This document shows, piece by piece, positions 1 to 9,806 of a stretch of 64,000 bases of DNA. Location: NCBI GenBank assembly GCA_963662685.1, contig OY759745.1:17752-81751 (forward strand), in the 5' to 3' direction. The first letter of the stretch is position 1; each line of letters begins with the position of its first letter. Position numbers and translations under genes: made by a program. This DNA comes from Bacteroidales bacterium. GTDB taxonomy: Bacteria > Bacteroidota > Bacteroidia > Bacteroidales > VadinHA17. The notes beneath the pieces were generated by a model. It saw only the letters and a program-made list of their open reading frames with translations, made no database searches and had not been told where the DNA came from.

Positions 1-1237
1 AATAGGCATTTTCACCATTATTCATTGGCTGAAAAAATTTATCATCGTCAGCCGTATTAATTGGAAATCCCATGTTACTGGGTTGTGACCAATCAGCATC
101 GGTTCTGCTGCTCTTAAAAATATCGTAGCCACCCATTGAGTTATGCCCCTCCGAACTGAAAAACAATTCAGAATCATTCTCAGTTATAAAGGGAGTGTCT
201 TCATTAAAAGGAGTGTTGATTGTCGGTCCCAGATTTACGGCAGGACCCCAATCTCCTTTTGCGGTTCTTTCGGAAACATATATATCAAGATTCCCGTAAC
301 CTCCTGTCCTGTTGCTTGTAAAATAAAGCTTGGTGCCGTCAAATGATATTGATGCGTGAGACTCAAAATATTTAGTGTTGATATTTTTGTTAAGCTTGGC
401 AATCGGAGTCCATTTCCCGTCTACATACCTTGATGAATAAATTGCTCCGTCATAGTCATCTGTTTTATATAGAAACAGTTCCGTTCCATCACTGTTCAAA
501 GAACACGACGAACAATCTGTTCCGGCGTTTAGTTCATCGTTGATCGGTATGGATGGAGTCCATCCACCATTCTCCTTCCTGGAGAAGAAAATAGTATTCT
601 CTATACCAATCTTCTCTGTATATACCAGTGTATTACCATCATAACTAACAGCAGGATTTTCATTCATAGCGCCACCGACCACATTTGCGCCCAGCATCTC
701 TTCCAAAAAGCTTACCGGGACTTTTCTGAACTGGATCGCATTTTCGCACGCATCAATGAGTTGATATATGTAGCCGACATTTTCCATCTCGCCGTATTCA
801 TCATTATCTCTGATGATAGCCTCAAATTTTTCCAGCATACTCAGCGCCATCTCAAAATCATTATTGATCATATAAGCCCTTGCGAGGAAAAAGTACAGAT
901 CAAGAGGAGCGCTTGTCTCTTTATAAGATTCGGGATCACAGTCAGCGGAGATTCTTCCGGAAGCTTCCTGAAGATATGATATTGATTTTTCTTTCTCTCC
1001 GGGAATATTCAGATAGCAATTACCGATTTTGTATTTGATGTTCATATTATCTGGATTATCAATAAGCATATATAACTGTTGTGCCAGTTCATATTCCTCA
1101 TAGATATAGTAAGATTCAGCCTGAAGAAAAATATCCTTTACCTCTTCTTCTGACTGCGCTGTACATACGGTTCCTATCAATATCATGGATAATAGTGAAC
1201 AAAAAAACCTCTTTGTTTTATATATAAAATAAACCAT
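1..1237 (-). CDS. Secreted TPR + PD40/TolB-like beta-propeller repeat protein; the C-terminal part lies outside the window
   Basis: Not in the ORF track because it runs off the window edge. Manual minus-strand translation from the ATG (CAT at 1235-1237) gives MVYFIYKTKRFFCSLLSMILIGTVCTAQSEEE..., a signal peptide. A TPR-like helical part follows (YYIYEEYELAQQLY, FFLARAYMINNDFEMAL). Repeated PD40-type blades come next (SLNSDGTELFLYK; SISFDGTKLYFTSNRTGGYGNLDIYVS; ITENDSELFFSSEGHNSMGGYDIF). The frame stays open to position 1. Confidence 0.65.
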   Translation of the reverse strand, partial: MVYFIYKTKRFFCSLLSMILIGTVCTAQSEEEVKDIFLQAESYYIYEEYELAQQLYMLIDNPDNMNIKYKIGNCYLNIPGEKEKSISYLQEASGRISADCDPESYKETSAPLDLYFFLARAYMINNDFEMALSMLEKFEAIIRDNDEYGEMENVGYIYQLIDACENAIQFRKVPVSFLEEMLGANVVGGAMNENPAVSYDGNTLVYTEKIGIENTIFFSRKENGGWTPSIPINDELNAGTDCSSCSLNSDGTELFLYKTDDYDGAIYSSRYVDGKWTPIAKLNKNINTKYFESHASISFDGTKLYFTSNRTGGYGNLDIYVSERTAKGDWGPAVNLGPTINTPFNEDTPFITENDSELFFSSEGHNSMGGYDIFKSSRTDADWSQPSNMGFPINTADDDKFFQPMNNGENAY

Positions 1238-1315
1238 CTCAAAAAGTATTTATATAAGTATTTCCGCACGTCACGGACAGATAACCAACAACGACACATA
1301 CCCCTCCTTCATGGA

Positions 1316-1750
1316 TTATTTAACAAGCGATACCACACCAACGCCAGATCCTTTCTTGGTCCCTGTAAAATCAAAGCTTATCTGGTATATCCCACTTTTA
1401 TTACAAATAAAATCCACTGTACTGTAAGCTTTGCCGGTTTTAGCATCATATGAAGTTAAAACCAGCTTACTGTCATCATTATCCAGATTAAGTATCATCT
1501 GCTCGGGAGAATCATCAGTAGTACACATGGTAAACCTGTATTTCATGTCCTTCCAGAGTGATATATTTGCCTTGTACCTGAATTCGTTCCCACCATTATA
1601 TTCACCAAGTATTATCATGTAATCCTTGATGTACTTGGCGTCACTTCCAGCATTCTCCATACATTTACTGATAAGTAATTCGGTCGTTTGACAATAAGAT
1701 AACTGTCCCAATGCCAATATTGCCAATAATGTAAAAAGTAGTTTTTTCAT
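1316..1750 (-). CDS. Small secreted protein with a PPC-like (pre-peptidase C-terminal-like) beta-sandwich pattern; paralog of 30309-30821
   Basis: The 144-aa ORF has a signal peptide (MKKLLFTLLAILALGQLSYCQ). Its C-terminal blocks YRFTMC...ILNLDNDDSKLVLTS...FICNKSGIYQISFDF...GSGVGVVSL align by eye with 30309-30821. Confidence 0.6.
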   Translation of the reverse strand: MKKLLFTLLAILALGQLSYCQTTELLISKCMENAGSDAKYIKDYMIILGEYNGGNEFRYKANISLWKDMKYRFTMCTTDDSPEQMILNLDNDDSKLVLTSYDAKTGKAYSTVDFICNKSGIYQISFDFTGTKKGSGVGVVSLVK

Positions 1751-1885
1751 ATCATCTTATTTTGATTTCCATGTTTTGATAATAGGCATGTTATTAAAAG
1801 CTGTTCCCTTTATTGGTGCCATAACTCCAGAATCTGGGTAAAAACTGTTTGTCATATCATTAATTGCATATTTTATTTATATGGA

Positions 1886-4800
1886 TTACCCATTGTTCTT
1901 CATCCTGCCCAAACCTGAGATCAGCTTTCCCAATAAATCATAATACAGCGTTATAAAAAGGATCATGGACATAATCCATATTACTATCAAATTGAAAACA
2001 AGTGTGCTCACCTGCTCTCCTGCCACATATTTGTTAGGAGCGAAAAAATGGGATCTAAGTGAGAATAGTCCCGGCTCAGAGGGATTCAGAAAAATTGGCT
2101 CAAAATTCCGAAACAGATAATCCCCTTCTCTCTTGATTTTGTCGGTAACAGTAGCCTTTCTGACAATATCAGAAAGGAACTCGTTGTAATAACTTTCACG
2201 GAATTGAACATACCCACCATTACCGGAATACTCATTCTGAAGAAACTCAATAAGTTCATTCTTTTTCTTATTTGCCGCATTATAAACCTTTACATACTTC
2301 TCATCTAAAGCGGCCAAATAAGAGAGAGCCTCATTTCCCGCACTTCCATCAAATCCATCCGGATCAAATGATTTAATGTCTATAACCGGTATATCATCAT
2401 TACGTTGAATCAGGGTAATAAATTCATTCCTCAGAAGGTCAAGGTCATTGTTAAATCCAGCATCAACTCTTTTACCAACAGCGTTTACGGCAGATACAGA
2501 TCTGTTAATGATTTTCTGCAATTCCGGAATATAAAAGGATTGGAAATAATATGCTTCACTCTCGATCTGTTCTATTTCAAAAAAGTTCTGTTCATACCTG
2601 TTACTCCGGAACTGAGTAACCGCAAGAGCCTCATAAGACCATCTTGATGCCATAATATCAGATAGAACCGGTGTGGTGTTTTTGTTTCCTCCAAATGATT
2701 TACTGATCTTATCGAAATTGAACATAGCTCCACCCAGGGCCATTTGGGGTATCACGAGTAATGGTATAAGAATATAGATCGTTACCGCTGAATCAAATGC
2801 CGATGATATATTCAATCCCAGCATATTAGCGAAACATGACACCGAAAACAATACAATCCAGTATTCAAATGACAATCCTTTTATTTCAAGTATTGTATTG
2901 CCAACAAATACAAAAATAACCATTTGTATGGCGGACAGAGTGAACAGTATCACTATTTTTGATAGTATATAACTCAATCTGGATAGATTCAGAAATCTCT
3001 CCCTTTTCAGTATTTTTCTGTCCTTGAATATCTCTTCGGCACTCACTGACAAACCAATAAACAGAGCTATAATTATGCTCATAAAAATATAAGGAGGAAT
3101 ATTCTCATTTTCGCTGAAGACATAATGATTTCTGTTATCTGGGATATATTTAATGATCATGGTCAGAAAAACAGCCATTATCGGAGCCTCAAGGAGGCTT
3201 ATAAGCACATATTGCAGGTTACTTATTTTAGAAAGGACATCTCTCTTAATAAACAAACCCGTTTGTTTGAATTTACCGGGGATTTTGAATGTTTTAGGCG
3301 GTAAAGCTTTTGTCTCTTCAACATTCTTTATTCTGAAATTGTTCAAGAACAACCGGTTCCATTCATCAGGTTCTTTGATCCTGTGTTCCGTGAACTGGCC
3401 GAATTCATCCACTTCTCTCGATTCAATTATGTTAAATAACAGTTCAGGATTAACATTTCCGCAAGCATAACACTCTCCCACCTCAGAATTTACCTGCTGT
3501 GCCTCCTTTTTGAAATACATTACAGATTCTATAGGATTACCATAATAAATGGGGTATCCTCCCCTATCAAGAAGCAGCAGGCTGTCAAACATTTTAAATA
3601 TATCTGAAGAAGGCTGGTGAATAACAACAAATACCAGTTTCATCTGAAGTGATATTTCTTTGAGTAAATCCATGACATTCTCTGAATCCCTGGAAGAAAG
3701 ACCCGAAGTCGGTTCATCAACAAAAAGAACCGAAGGTTCCCTGATAATTTCAAGAGCTATGTTCAATCTCTTTCTCTGCCCTCCGCTTATTTTCTTATTA
3801 AGAGGACCTCCGACCTTGATATCCTTGATATCCAGAAGTCCAAGCGTTGAAAGTGTTTTGTTGACGAGTTCGGTAATCCCGCCATCATCCAGATTACTGA
3901 AACACAATTTTGAGTTATAATAAAGATTTTCGAATACCGTAAGATCTTCGATCAAAAGATCATCCTGGGATATATACCCGATCATACTTTTTGTCTCGTC
4001 TATATTTCTATGTATGTCCAGACCATTTAATACAACACTTCCTTCGCAAGGTTTTTCAATTCCTGACAGCACATTTAGAAGTGTTGTTTTGCCCGATCCA
4101 CTGGCTCCCATGATGCCAATAAGACCAAATTCTTCTGAAATATTGATTTTTTTGAGACCAATGACACCATTGGGAAACCTGTATACCAAATTGTTGGCCT
4201 TAAAAGAGAGCATGTTCTTACTCTCAGTCCGGAGAAACCTTGAAACAACATCATTATAATATACAGTTCCTTTGGGCATCCTTATGGTACTTCCATTGGG
4301 AAACAGGTATATTTTGTTGGTGTTGAACAACTGCCCGTTCAAAAAGATTTCGCTTGATCCGTTATATTTGACAAAGTAGAGATCGGCGCTTTTTATACGC
4401 ATGAAAACCATAGAATTATCAAATAAAATATGATCTTTGACATACATATCTCCATCAAGACCTTCGATGTCAGATGTATTGTTACGGATTATCAATATCT
4501 CACGGAGGTTTACCTGGTCCGGCCTTATGTTTCTGATAAAACCATTGATCAGGTTAAGTTCTTCTGTTTTGATATTGAATACCTCAGATACAGTGGATAT
4601 GATTCCTATACGCTGCCCTGTAAAAGACTGTTCGGTCATAAGCATTTCATAAAGCCTGATAAGCACTATTACTTTTTGCCCATGGGTCAGTGTTTTATTT
4701 ATTTTACGACATATTGCCAGAGTCTTGACAGAATCTTTTACAGTGGTTAGCCTGCCAACACTTTTCTCTGGTTCCTTTTTGGCATGAGACTCGTCATCAA

Positions 4801-4963
4801 CTTTGCTGTCATACAGAGAGAGATACTCCTGCACTTTCTGGTCATTCAACTGCGTTGAAAGAAAGGTCTCGACAAACTTCCTTTGGTTGACCGTAGAGCC
4901 ATCGTCCTGTTTGGAAATGATAGCGAACAACTGCATCAGTGCTTTTAATATCTCTTCGCTCAT
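1886..4963 (-). CDS. ABC transporter, fused ATPase + ABC-2-type permease (ABCG-like), with an N-terminal TerB-like helical region and an FHA-like domain
   Basis: ATPase motifs: Walker A GASGSGKTTLLNVLSG, signature ISGGQRKRLNIA, Walker B VLFVDEPTSGLS. Multiple TM helices follow the NBD. The N-terminal ~270 aa contain VKYNGSSEIFLNGQLF...LFPNGSTIRMPKGTVYY, which resembles the FHA core (STNGTxVNG...GDxIxIG). The FHA call is a weaker inference. Confidence 0.85.
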   Translation of the reverse strand: MSEEILKALMQLFAIISKQDDGSTVNQRKFVETFLSTQLNDQKVQEYLSLYDSKVDDESHAKKEPEKSVGRLTTVKDSVKTLAICRKINKTLTHGQKVIVLIRLYEMLMTEQSFTGQRIGIISTVSEVFNIKTEELNLINGFIRNIRPDQVNLREILIIRNNTSDIEGLDGDMYVKDHILFDNSMVFMRIKSADLYFVKYNGSSEIFLNGQLFNTNKIYLFPNGSTIRMPKGTVYYNDVVSRFLRTESKNMLSFKANNLVYRFPNGVIGLKKINISEEFGLIGIMGASGSGKTTLLNVLSGIEKPCEGSVVLNGLDIHRNIDETKSMIGYISQDDLLIEDLTVFENLYYNSKLCFSNLDDGGITELVNKTLSTLGLLDIKDIKVGGPLNKKISGGQRKRLNIALEIIREPSVLFVDEPTSGLSSRDSENVMDLLKEISLQMKLVFVVIHQPSSDIFKMFDSLLLLDRGGYPIYYGNPIESVMYFKKEAQQVNSEVGECYACGNVNPELLFNIIESREVDEFGQFTEHRIKEPDEWNRLFLNNFRIKNVEETKALPPKTFKIPGKFKQTGLFIKRDVLSKISNLQYVLISLLEAPIMAVFLTMIIKYIPDNRNHYVFSENENIPPYIFMSIIIALFIGLSVSAEEIFKDRKILKRERFLNLSRLSYILSKIVILFTLSAIQMVIFVFVGNTILEIKGLSFEYWIVLFSVSCFANMLGLNISSAFDSAVTIYILIPLLVIPQMALGGAMFNFDKISKSFGGNKNTTPVLSDIMASRWSYEALAVTQFRSNRYEQNFFEIEQIESEAYYFQSFYIPELQKIINRSVSAVNAVGKRVDAGFNNDLDLLRNEFITLIQRNDDIPVIDIKSFDPDGFDGSAGNEALSYLAALDEKYVKVYNAANKKKNELIEFLQNEYSGNGGYVQFRESYYNEFLSDIVRKATVTDKIKREGDYLFRNFEPIFLNPSEPGLFSLRSHFFAPNKYVAGEQVSTLVFNLIVIWIMSMILFITLYYDLLGKLISGLGRMKNNG

Positions 4964-5050
4964 TTTTTGCTTTCTTAATTATTTGATAAATCCTGGTCTC
5001 AGGTTTTAGTTTTAAGTCCGTAATGTTTTATTTTCCGAACAGCTTTTTTA

Positions 5051-5434
5051 TTAAGCCGGAGAGTAGGGAATCAAATCAAAAGGAACCTCTACTATTTCCG
5101 AATATTCTTCACCAGCCTCCTGCATGTCAGTGTCTGACTCAGGATAGTGCCATATAACCTTTATATCAGAACCTGAATCCTTTATATCCTCAAGTTTCAG
5201 AAAAATATCAAGTAATAATTTTGACGACGCTGTATTAAAATATTCAAGTTTTATAGAAAGCTCCATTGTTGTTATTGGATTGTCCATCAATTCGTCAAAC
5301 CAATCCATAATCGGTTTATAAAATAATACCACATCTTCCGGAAGAGATCTTCCGGATATTTCAAAAACCCTGTTCTCCCTGTCCAGAACGACATTGGGAG
5401 TATCCTCCGTGGAGGCAATGTTTATTGTTTCCAT
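5051..5434 (-). CDS. siaC: SiaC-like regulatory phosphoprotein (DUF1987 family)
   Basis: The 127-aa ORF begins TPNVVLDRENRVFEISGRSLPEDVVLFYKPIMDWFDEL and carries LEYFNTASSKLLLDIF, with a Thr at residue 68. It sits in an operon with a PP2C phosphatase and SiaB-like kinases. Confidence 0.75.
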   Translation of the reverse strand: METINIASTEDTPNVVLDRENRVFEISGRSLPEDVVLFYKPIMDWFDELMDNPITTMELSIKLEYFNTASSKLLLDIFLKLEDIKDSGSDIKVIWHYPESDTDMQEAGEEYSEIVEVPFDLIPYSPA

Positions 5435-5451
5435 ATTGTGTGTTATATTGA

Positions 5452-6027
5452 TTATTTGTTCACGCTTATCATCAATGAAAATGTCGAGACATGGTCGTCA
5501 ATCCCCTCAATCATATAATCAAGCTTATTCTCTGATTTTCTGGCTATGTCAATTAACCCTATACCCGCTCCGGCCTTTTCTGAAAAAGAGTTGCCCAGCC
5601 TTGCCTCTTTGTACAGTTTTTTTAATCCATCCTTATCAAGACTGTTTATATGATCGATTCTTTCGCTTATCCATGATACTTTACTGTTCAGGATCAGATT
5701 ACTGGATATCAAGATATAGCAGTCAGATGTAACGCCTATCATGAAAACCGAGGAAGATGCGTTAGGTACAAGATCATAGTTTATTTTGTTTTTACTGATA
5801 TTCTGTAATACTTCAACCATTATATTGAATACCTTTCGTCTGGTATTATCCTCAACATTATCGGCTTTGAACTTCCTTTCGATAAACGACAACAGGGTCT
5901 TATTCAGTTCCTGCGAGAATTCTCCCGAATAAGCCAGCATAACATCCTTATCGTTTATCAGCTTGTAAAAACTATATATTGATGTTATCTGTCTGTTGCT
6001 TGATGTTACTTTTATTTCATTTTCCAT
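5452..6027 (-). CDS. SiaB-like Ser/Thr kinase (GHKL/anti-sigma-kinase-like ATPase), copy 2
   Basis: The 191-aa ORF has the N-terminal block MLAYSGEFSQELNKTLL and a C-terminal G-box-like KAGAGIGLIDIARKS. It is a paralog of 6040-6597. Confidence 0.7.
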   Translation of the reverse strand: MENEIKVTSSNRQITSIYSFYKLINDKDVMLAYSGEFSQELNKTLLSFIERKFKADNVEDNTRRKVFNIMVEVLQNISKNKINYDLVPNASSSVFMIGVTSDCYILISSNLILNSKVSWISERIDHINSLDKDGLKKLYKEARLGNSFSEKAGAGIGLIDIARKSENKLDYMIEGIDDHVSTFSLMISVNK

Positions 6028-6039
6028 TGCTTATCCTGA

Positions 6040-6597
6040 TTAATAATCAACCCTTGTGCTCAATGAGAAGAAAAAATGTTCTCCGTCTATCTTTTCAAAC
6101 GCGAAATCAATGGCGTTTCCGGTTTTTCTCGCTATTTGGATGAGGCCCAGGCCAAATCCAGATTTACCGGCAACGGTATCATGCTTCAAAAGATTTTTGC
6201 CAAACTCCTTGAGTTCATCTTCGTCCATCATGTTAATCCTTGCCAGCTTATCTTTGAGATCAATCACCTTTTGACGGACAATAACGTTACCACTGTTAAT
6301 GACATATCCATCTTCATTTTTACCTATCATAAAAAGATTTGAGCGACTGTATTTATCTTTCTCACTATGTTGGGTTATGTTCTGCAAACATTCGACCATT
6401 ACCGAAAATACCCTGGCCTTTGTCGTGTGGCTTGAATTAGAATGATTTAACTTGCTCTCTGTAAGATTCAGGAGCGCTATTACGATATCCTGTGACATCT
6501 CTCCCCTGTAACATAGCATAAGCCTGTCATTGTTCATATGGTCTCTTACCGCATTGACATAGCCAAGGTCTGACTGATTTATATCCCCCATTTTCAT
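6040..6597 (-). CDS. SiaB-like Ser/Thr kinase (GHKL/anti-sigma-kinase-like ATPase), copy 1
   Basis: The 185-aa ORF has MLCYRGEMSQDIVIALL and KSGFGLGLIQIARKTG. Its start overlaps the stop of the PP2C gene by 4 nt (6594-6597). Confidence 0.7.
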   Translation of the reverse strand: MKMGDINQSDLGYVNAVRDHMNNDRLMLCYRGEMSQDIVIALLNLTESKLNHSNSSHTTKARVFSVMVECLQNITQHSEKDKYSRSNLFMIGKNEDGYVINSGNVIVRQKVIDLKDKLARINMMDEDELKEFGKNLLKHDTVAGKSGFGLGLIQIARKTGNAIDFAFEKIDGEHFFFSLSTRVDY

Positions 6598-9203
6598 ATT
6601 TTTATTCCTATTACTAATACATCATCCATTTGCTTATGGTCTCCTCGCCAGACCTGATATGTTTCTCTGAAAAGAGAGCCTATCTGGAAAATGCTCAAAT
6701 GAGCGTTGTCCCGTATCATGTTGGCAACCGCGTTACTGCCAAATTTCATGTTACCGGTAGGCCCGCCAAACTGATCAGGATACCCGTCAGTCATAAAAAA
6801 AAGAGAGTCACCTTGTTTTAGCTTAATAGTCGTGTTTCCAAAATCCTTTCTGTTCCTGTACTGTGTACTTCCAACCGGAAACCTGTCGCCTTTGACAATA
6901 GTCATGGAGCCGTTACTGACATGATATAAAGGCCGGTGAGCCCCACAAAAGTCCAGAATTTTAGTCTTAAGGTTTATCCTGCAAAGAGCAGCATCCATAC
7001 CATCATTTATCCTGCACCCCTCTTCCGACTGTTTCAATCTGTCAACAACATTGACATGAAGCATGTTAAGCAATTCCCCAGCGTTTAAATCTTCATTTTT
7101 CTGGATGATAATATCCTGCAGGAAATATCCGATAACTGACATAAGCGCCCCCGGAACGCCATGTCCGGTACAATCCATAGCACCAACATAAACGCAATCT
7201 CCTTTTTCGAATAACCAGGGGTAGTCCCCACTGACCACATCCTTTGGCTGGTATATCATAAATGAGTTGGGCAATATCCCGCGAAGATCCTTTTCATCCG
7301 GCATCAAGGCACTCTGAATGTTTAACGCGTAATTGATACTGTCACTTATACTTTTCTGTTTTTTTCTGATCAGTTCCTCTCTGGCTTTCGCTTCAGTGAT
7401 ATCATGACAAGCGAACAACACTGATTCAGGCTCATTATTTTCATTAAATTCCGGTATCGCGTTAACATTCATTATTATCTCTCCATCCGGAGAAGGGAAA
7501 ATCATTTCAACACTCTTATTCTTACTACTGGCGGACACCTCTTTCAATAAATCCTTCAAGGTATCTATAACTCCTGAAGACAATTCAGTTGAAGTAATAG
7601 GTTTGTTGATATAATTATCTTTTTTGATCCCGGTATACCTCTCTATGACAGGATTTATATAGGTACAACGGCTGAATATGTCGAGTCTGATGATCAGGTC
7701 AGAACTGTTTTCTGATAGTGCCTGCATTTTTGCCCTGATGCGTTGTTCCCTGGCCGCTATTCGCTGTTCGGAAATATCTCTTGAATTAATTATGTAACCT
7801 TTAATGACTTCATCCGACAACAGGTTTTTTCCTTTCGCTTCCATCCAGAGTACTTCTCCGCCTTTTTTTAAATACCTGTACTGAGTAGTGTGTTCCCTTT
7901 CCGGAAACGATCTCATCTCATCCATTAGCCGCCTTATTCTTTCAGTATCGAGAGGGTGAACATTCTCGGTTTCATCCTTACCGAGTAATTCCTCCGGAAA
8001 GTACCCCGTGATAGCCCTAATAGACGGACTTACATACCTGATCTTTCTCCCAGCGGAAAATATTATAATTACTTCATTAGCGTTCTCCAGCAGTATTTGT
8101 GAGCGTTTGTTCGTATTATGGACCTCTTTGACCTGTTCCCCAAGTTTTATATTGGATCTTTTAAGCTCTGCCTGCGTTTTGACCAGATCTTCAGCATTTC
8201 TCATCAATTGTTTTTTTTGCAGGATCAATTCATTGCTCATCGTTTCCGACTCTTTCAGCAAATCGTAGGTTATGAGATTCACTTTCGCGTTCTGGACTGT
8301 TCTGGCAATTATTTTGGACACCTCCTCAATCTTACAGCAATCCAGTGGAGAGAATTTTCTGAATGAAGCTAGTTCTATTACACCAACAACATTGTCTTCC
8401 GCCAATAATGGAGATATCAGTATAGATTTTGGTTTGGCGTGTCCCAACAATCCCGATTTGATGGTAGCGTAATCTTCGGGTATCTCAGTTCTTACAATGA
8501 GTTCCCTCTCAAGTGCGGTCTGGCCAATAAGCCCCTGTCCGAATTTAAACCCGGCCCGCAGATATCTCTTGCGATCATAGGCATAACTAGCCTTTAGTTT
8601 TATTATATCATCTCCATTATCATCCTGTTCCACTAAATAAAAAGCTCCCTGCACCGTACCATCAAGTCTGTTGACCAGAAAAGAGATTGTATCATCACAA
8701 AGTTTATCAAGCCCTTCCCTTGATTGCAGGAGAAGTCCTATTTCACTAGCTATCCTGCTCACTTCATTCCTTTCATACTCTTTTCTTGATGTCGAAATAA
8801 TACTCTTGCGCATAGACTCAAGTGACTCCGCGAGAACTTTCTCTCCATTGACCGGGACATATCCGCAATCAAGGTTTCCCTTCTCAATCTGGTTCGCGAA
8901 CGTCATTAACCTTGTCTGCATAGTCTCATAATCTGAAACATGCTTTCTTTTTTGATCTTCCTCTTTTATTTTCCGCACCCCGGAGACCGCACCCAAGAGA
9001 CCGGAAAAAAGAGGAATAAGGTTCAGTGAGTATAGAATATTATAAGTGTTGACCAGACTTTTGTAATTACCTGATGATATTGAAAGATGTGCGGGAACCA
9101 ATGCCGCGGAAAGCGCTATAAGTCTTACTATTAAACCCGCCGAGGTGAATAACAGTATATAGCTGACAATGATTTTTATCCTTTTGACATCTTCTGAGCT
9201 CAT
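6594..9203 (-). CDS. Membrane-anchored GAF-PAS-PAS-PP2C (SpoIIE-type) protein phosphatase, SiaA/RsbU-like
   Basis: N-terminal TM helices are present. GAF block: GQTALERELIVRTEIPEDYATIKSGLLGHAKPKSILISPLL...VIELASFRKF. A coiled coil and two PAS-like segments follow. C-terminal PP2C motifs: GDYPWLF...VGAMDCTGHGVPGALMS, NDGMDAALCRI, LFFMTDGYPDQFGG, DDVLVIGIKI. Confidence 0.85.
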   Translation of the reverse strand: MSSEDVKRIKIIVSYILLFTSAGLIVRLIALSAALVPAHLSISSGNYKSLVNTYNILYSLNLIPLFSGLLGAVSGVRKIKEEDQKRKHVSDYETMQTRLMTFANQIEKGNLDCGYVPVNGEKVLAESLESMRKSIISTSRKEYERNEVSRIASEIGLLLQSREGLDKLCDDTISFLVNRLDGTVQGAFYLVEQDDNGDDIIKLKASYAYDRKRYLRAGFKFGQGLIGQTALERELIVRTEIPEDYATIKSGLLGHAKPKSILISPLLAEDNVVGVIELASFRKFSPLDCCKIEEVSKIIARTVQNAKVNLITYDLLKESETMSNELILQKKQLMRNAEDLVKTQAELKRSNIKLGEQVKEVHNTNKRSQILLENANEVIIIFSAGRKIRYVSPSIRAITGYFPEELLGKDETENVHPLDTERIRRLMDEMRSFPEREHTTQYRYLKKGGEVLWMEAKGKNLLSDEVIKGYIINSRDISEQRIAAREQRIRAKMQALSENSSDLIIRLDIFSRCTYINPVIERYTGIKKDNYINKPITSTELSSGVIDTLKDLLKEVSASSKNKSVEMIFPSPDGEIIMNVNAIPEFNENNEPESVLFACHDITEAKAREELIRKKQKSISDSINYALNIQSALMPDEKDLRGILPNSFMIYQPKDVVSGDYPWLFEKGDCVYVGAMDCTGHGVPGALMSVIGYFLQDIIIQKNEDLNAGELLNMLHVNVVDRLKQSEEGCRINDGMDAALCRINLKTKILDFCGAHRPLYHVSNGSMTIVKGDRFPVGSTQYRNRKDFGNTTIKLKQGDSLFFMTDGYPDQFGGPTGNMKFGSNAVANMIRDNAHLSIFQIGSLFRETYQVWRGDHKQMDDVLVIGIKI

Positions 9204-9212
9204 AATAGTAAA

Positions 9213-9806
9213 TCAATTATTTGATTTGTTTATCAGAATTAATATCTGATTCGCTATCATTGGCGAAATCATTTCAAAAAAGGCCGCATCATTATCATCA
9301 AACCTTCTAAATGAAGCAAGTTCAATAACAGCCAGTACCTTATCATCACTCTTAACAGGGAATGCGATTAATGATGCGGGATATGCCTTTCCTAAACCTG
9401 ATGTTATCTTAAAACAGTCATCAGGAATCTCTGATATATTAATTAGTCGACCATCTTTTGCCACCTGCCCGGGAATCCCTTCTCCTATTTCCAAAATATC
9501 TATAATATTATCCGGATCCGGTGTTGCGTAACCAGACAAAAACTTCAGCACCGGCTCGCCGTTATGGTCTGAGTTTATGTAAAAGGCGCCCTGGGATATC
9601 TCTTTCTCTTTTGAGAGTGCCGACAACAGCACAAAAGAGTAACTGACTATACTGTTTCCGTCATAATGACAGTTATTTATGAAAGCATCGGATATAGCAA
9701 CAATCCGTTCTTCAAGATTTTCTTCTCTTGTGCTTTTCGATACGATTGTTCCTTTATCGGAATTCATAGCTTTCTTCTTTTTCAGGAACTCAATCATGGC
9801 ATTCAT
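9213..9806 (-). CDS. Stand-alone GAF-domain protein
   Basis: The 197-aa ORF carries GQVAKDGRLINISEIPDDCFKITSGLGKAYPASLIAFPV...VIELASFRRF. This is the same GAF subtype as in 6594-9203 and 27340-29304. Its start overlaps the upstream cheB-like stop by 17 nt. Confidence 0.7.
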   Translation of the reverse strand: MNAMIEFLKKKKAMNSDKGTIVSKSTREENLEERIVAISDAFINNCHYDGNSIVSYSFVLLSALSKEKEISQGAFYINSDHNGEPVLKFLSGYATPDPDNIIDILEIGEGIPGQVAKDGRLINISEIPDDCFKITSGLGKAYPASLIAFPVKSDDKVLAVIELASFRRFDDNDAAFFEMISPMIANQILILINKSNN

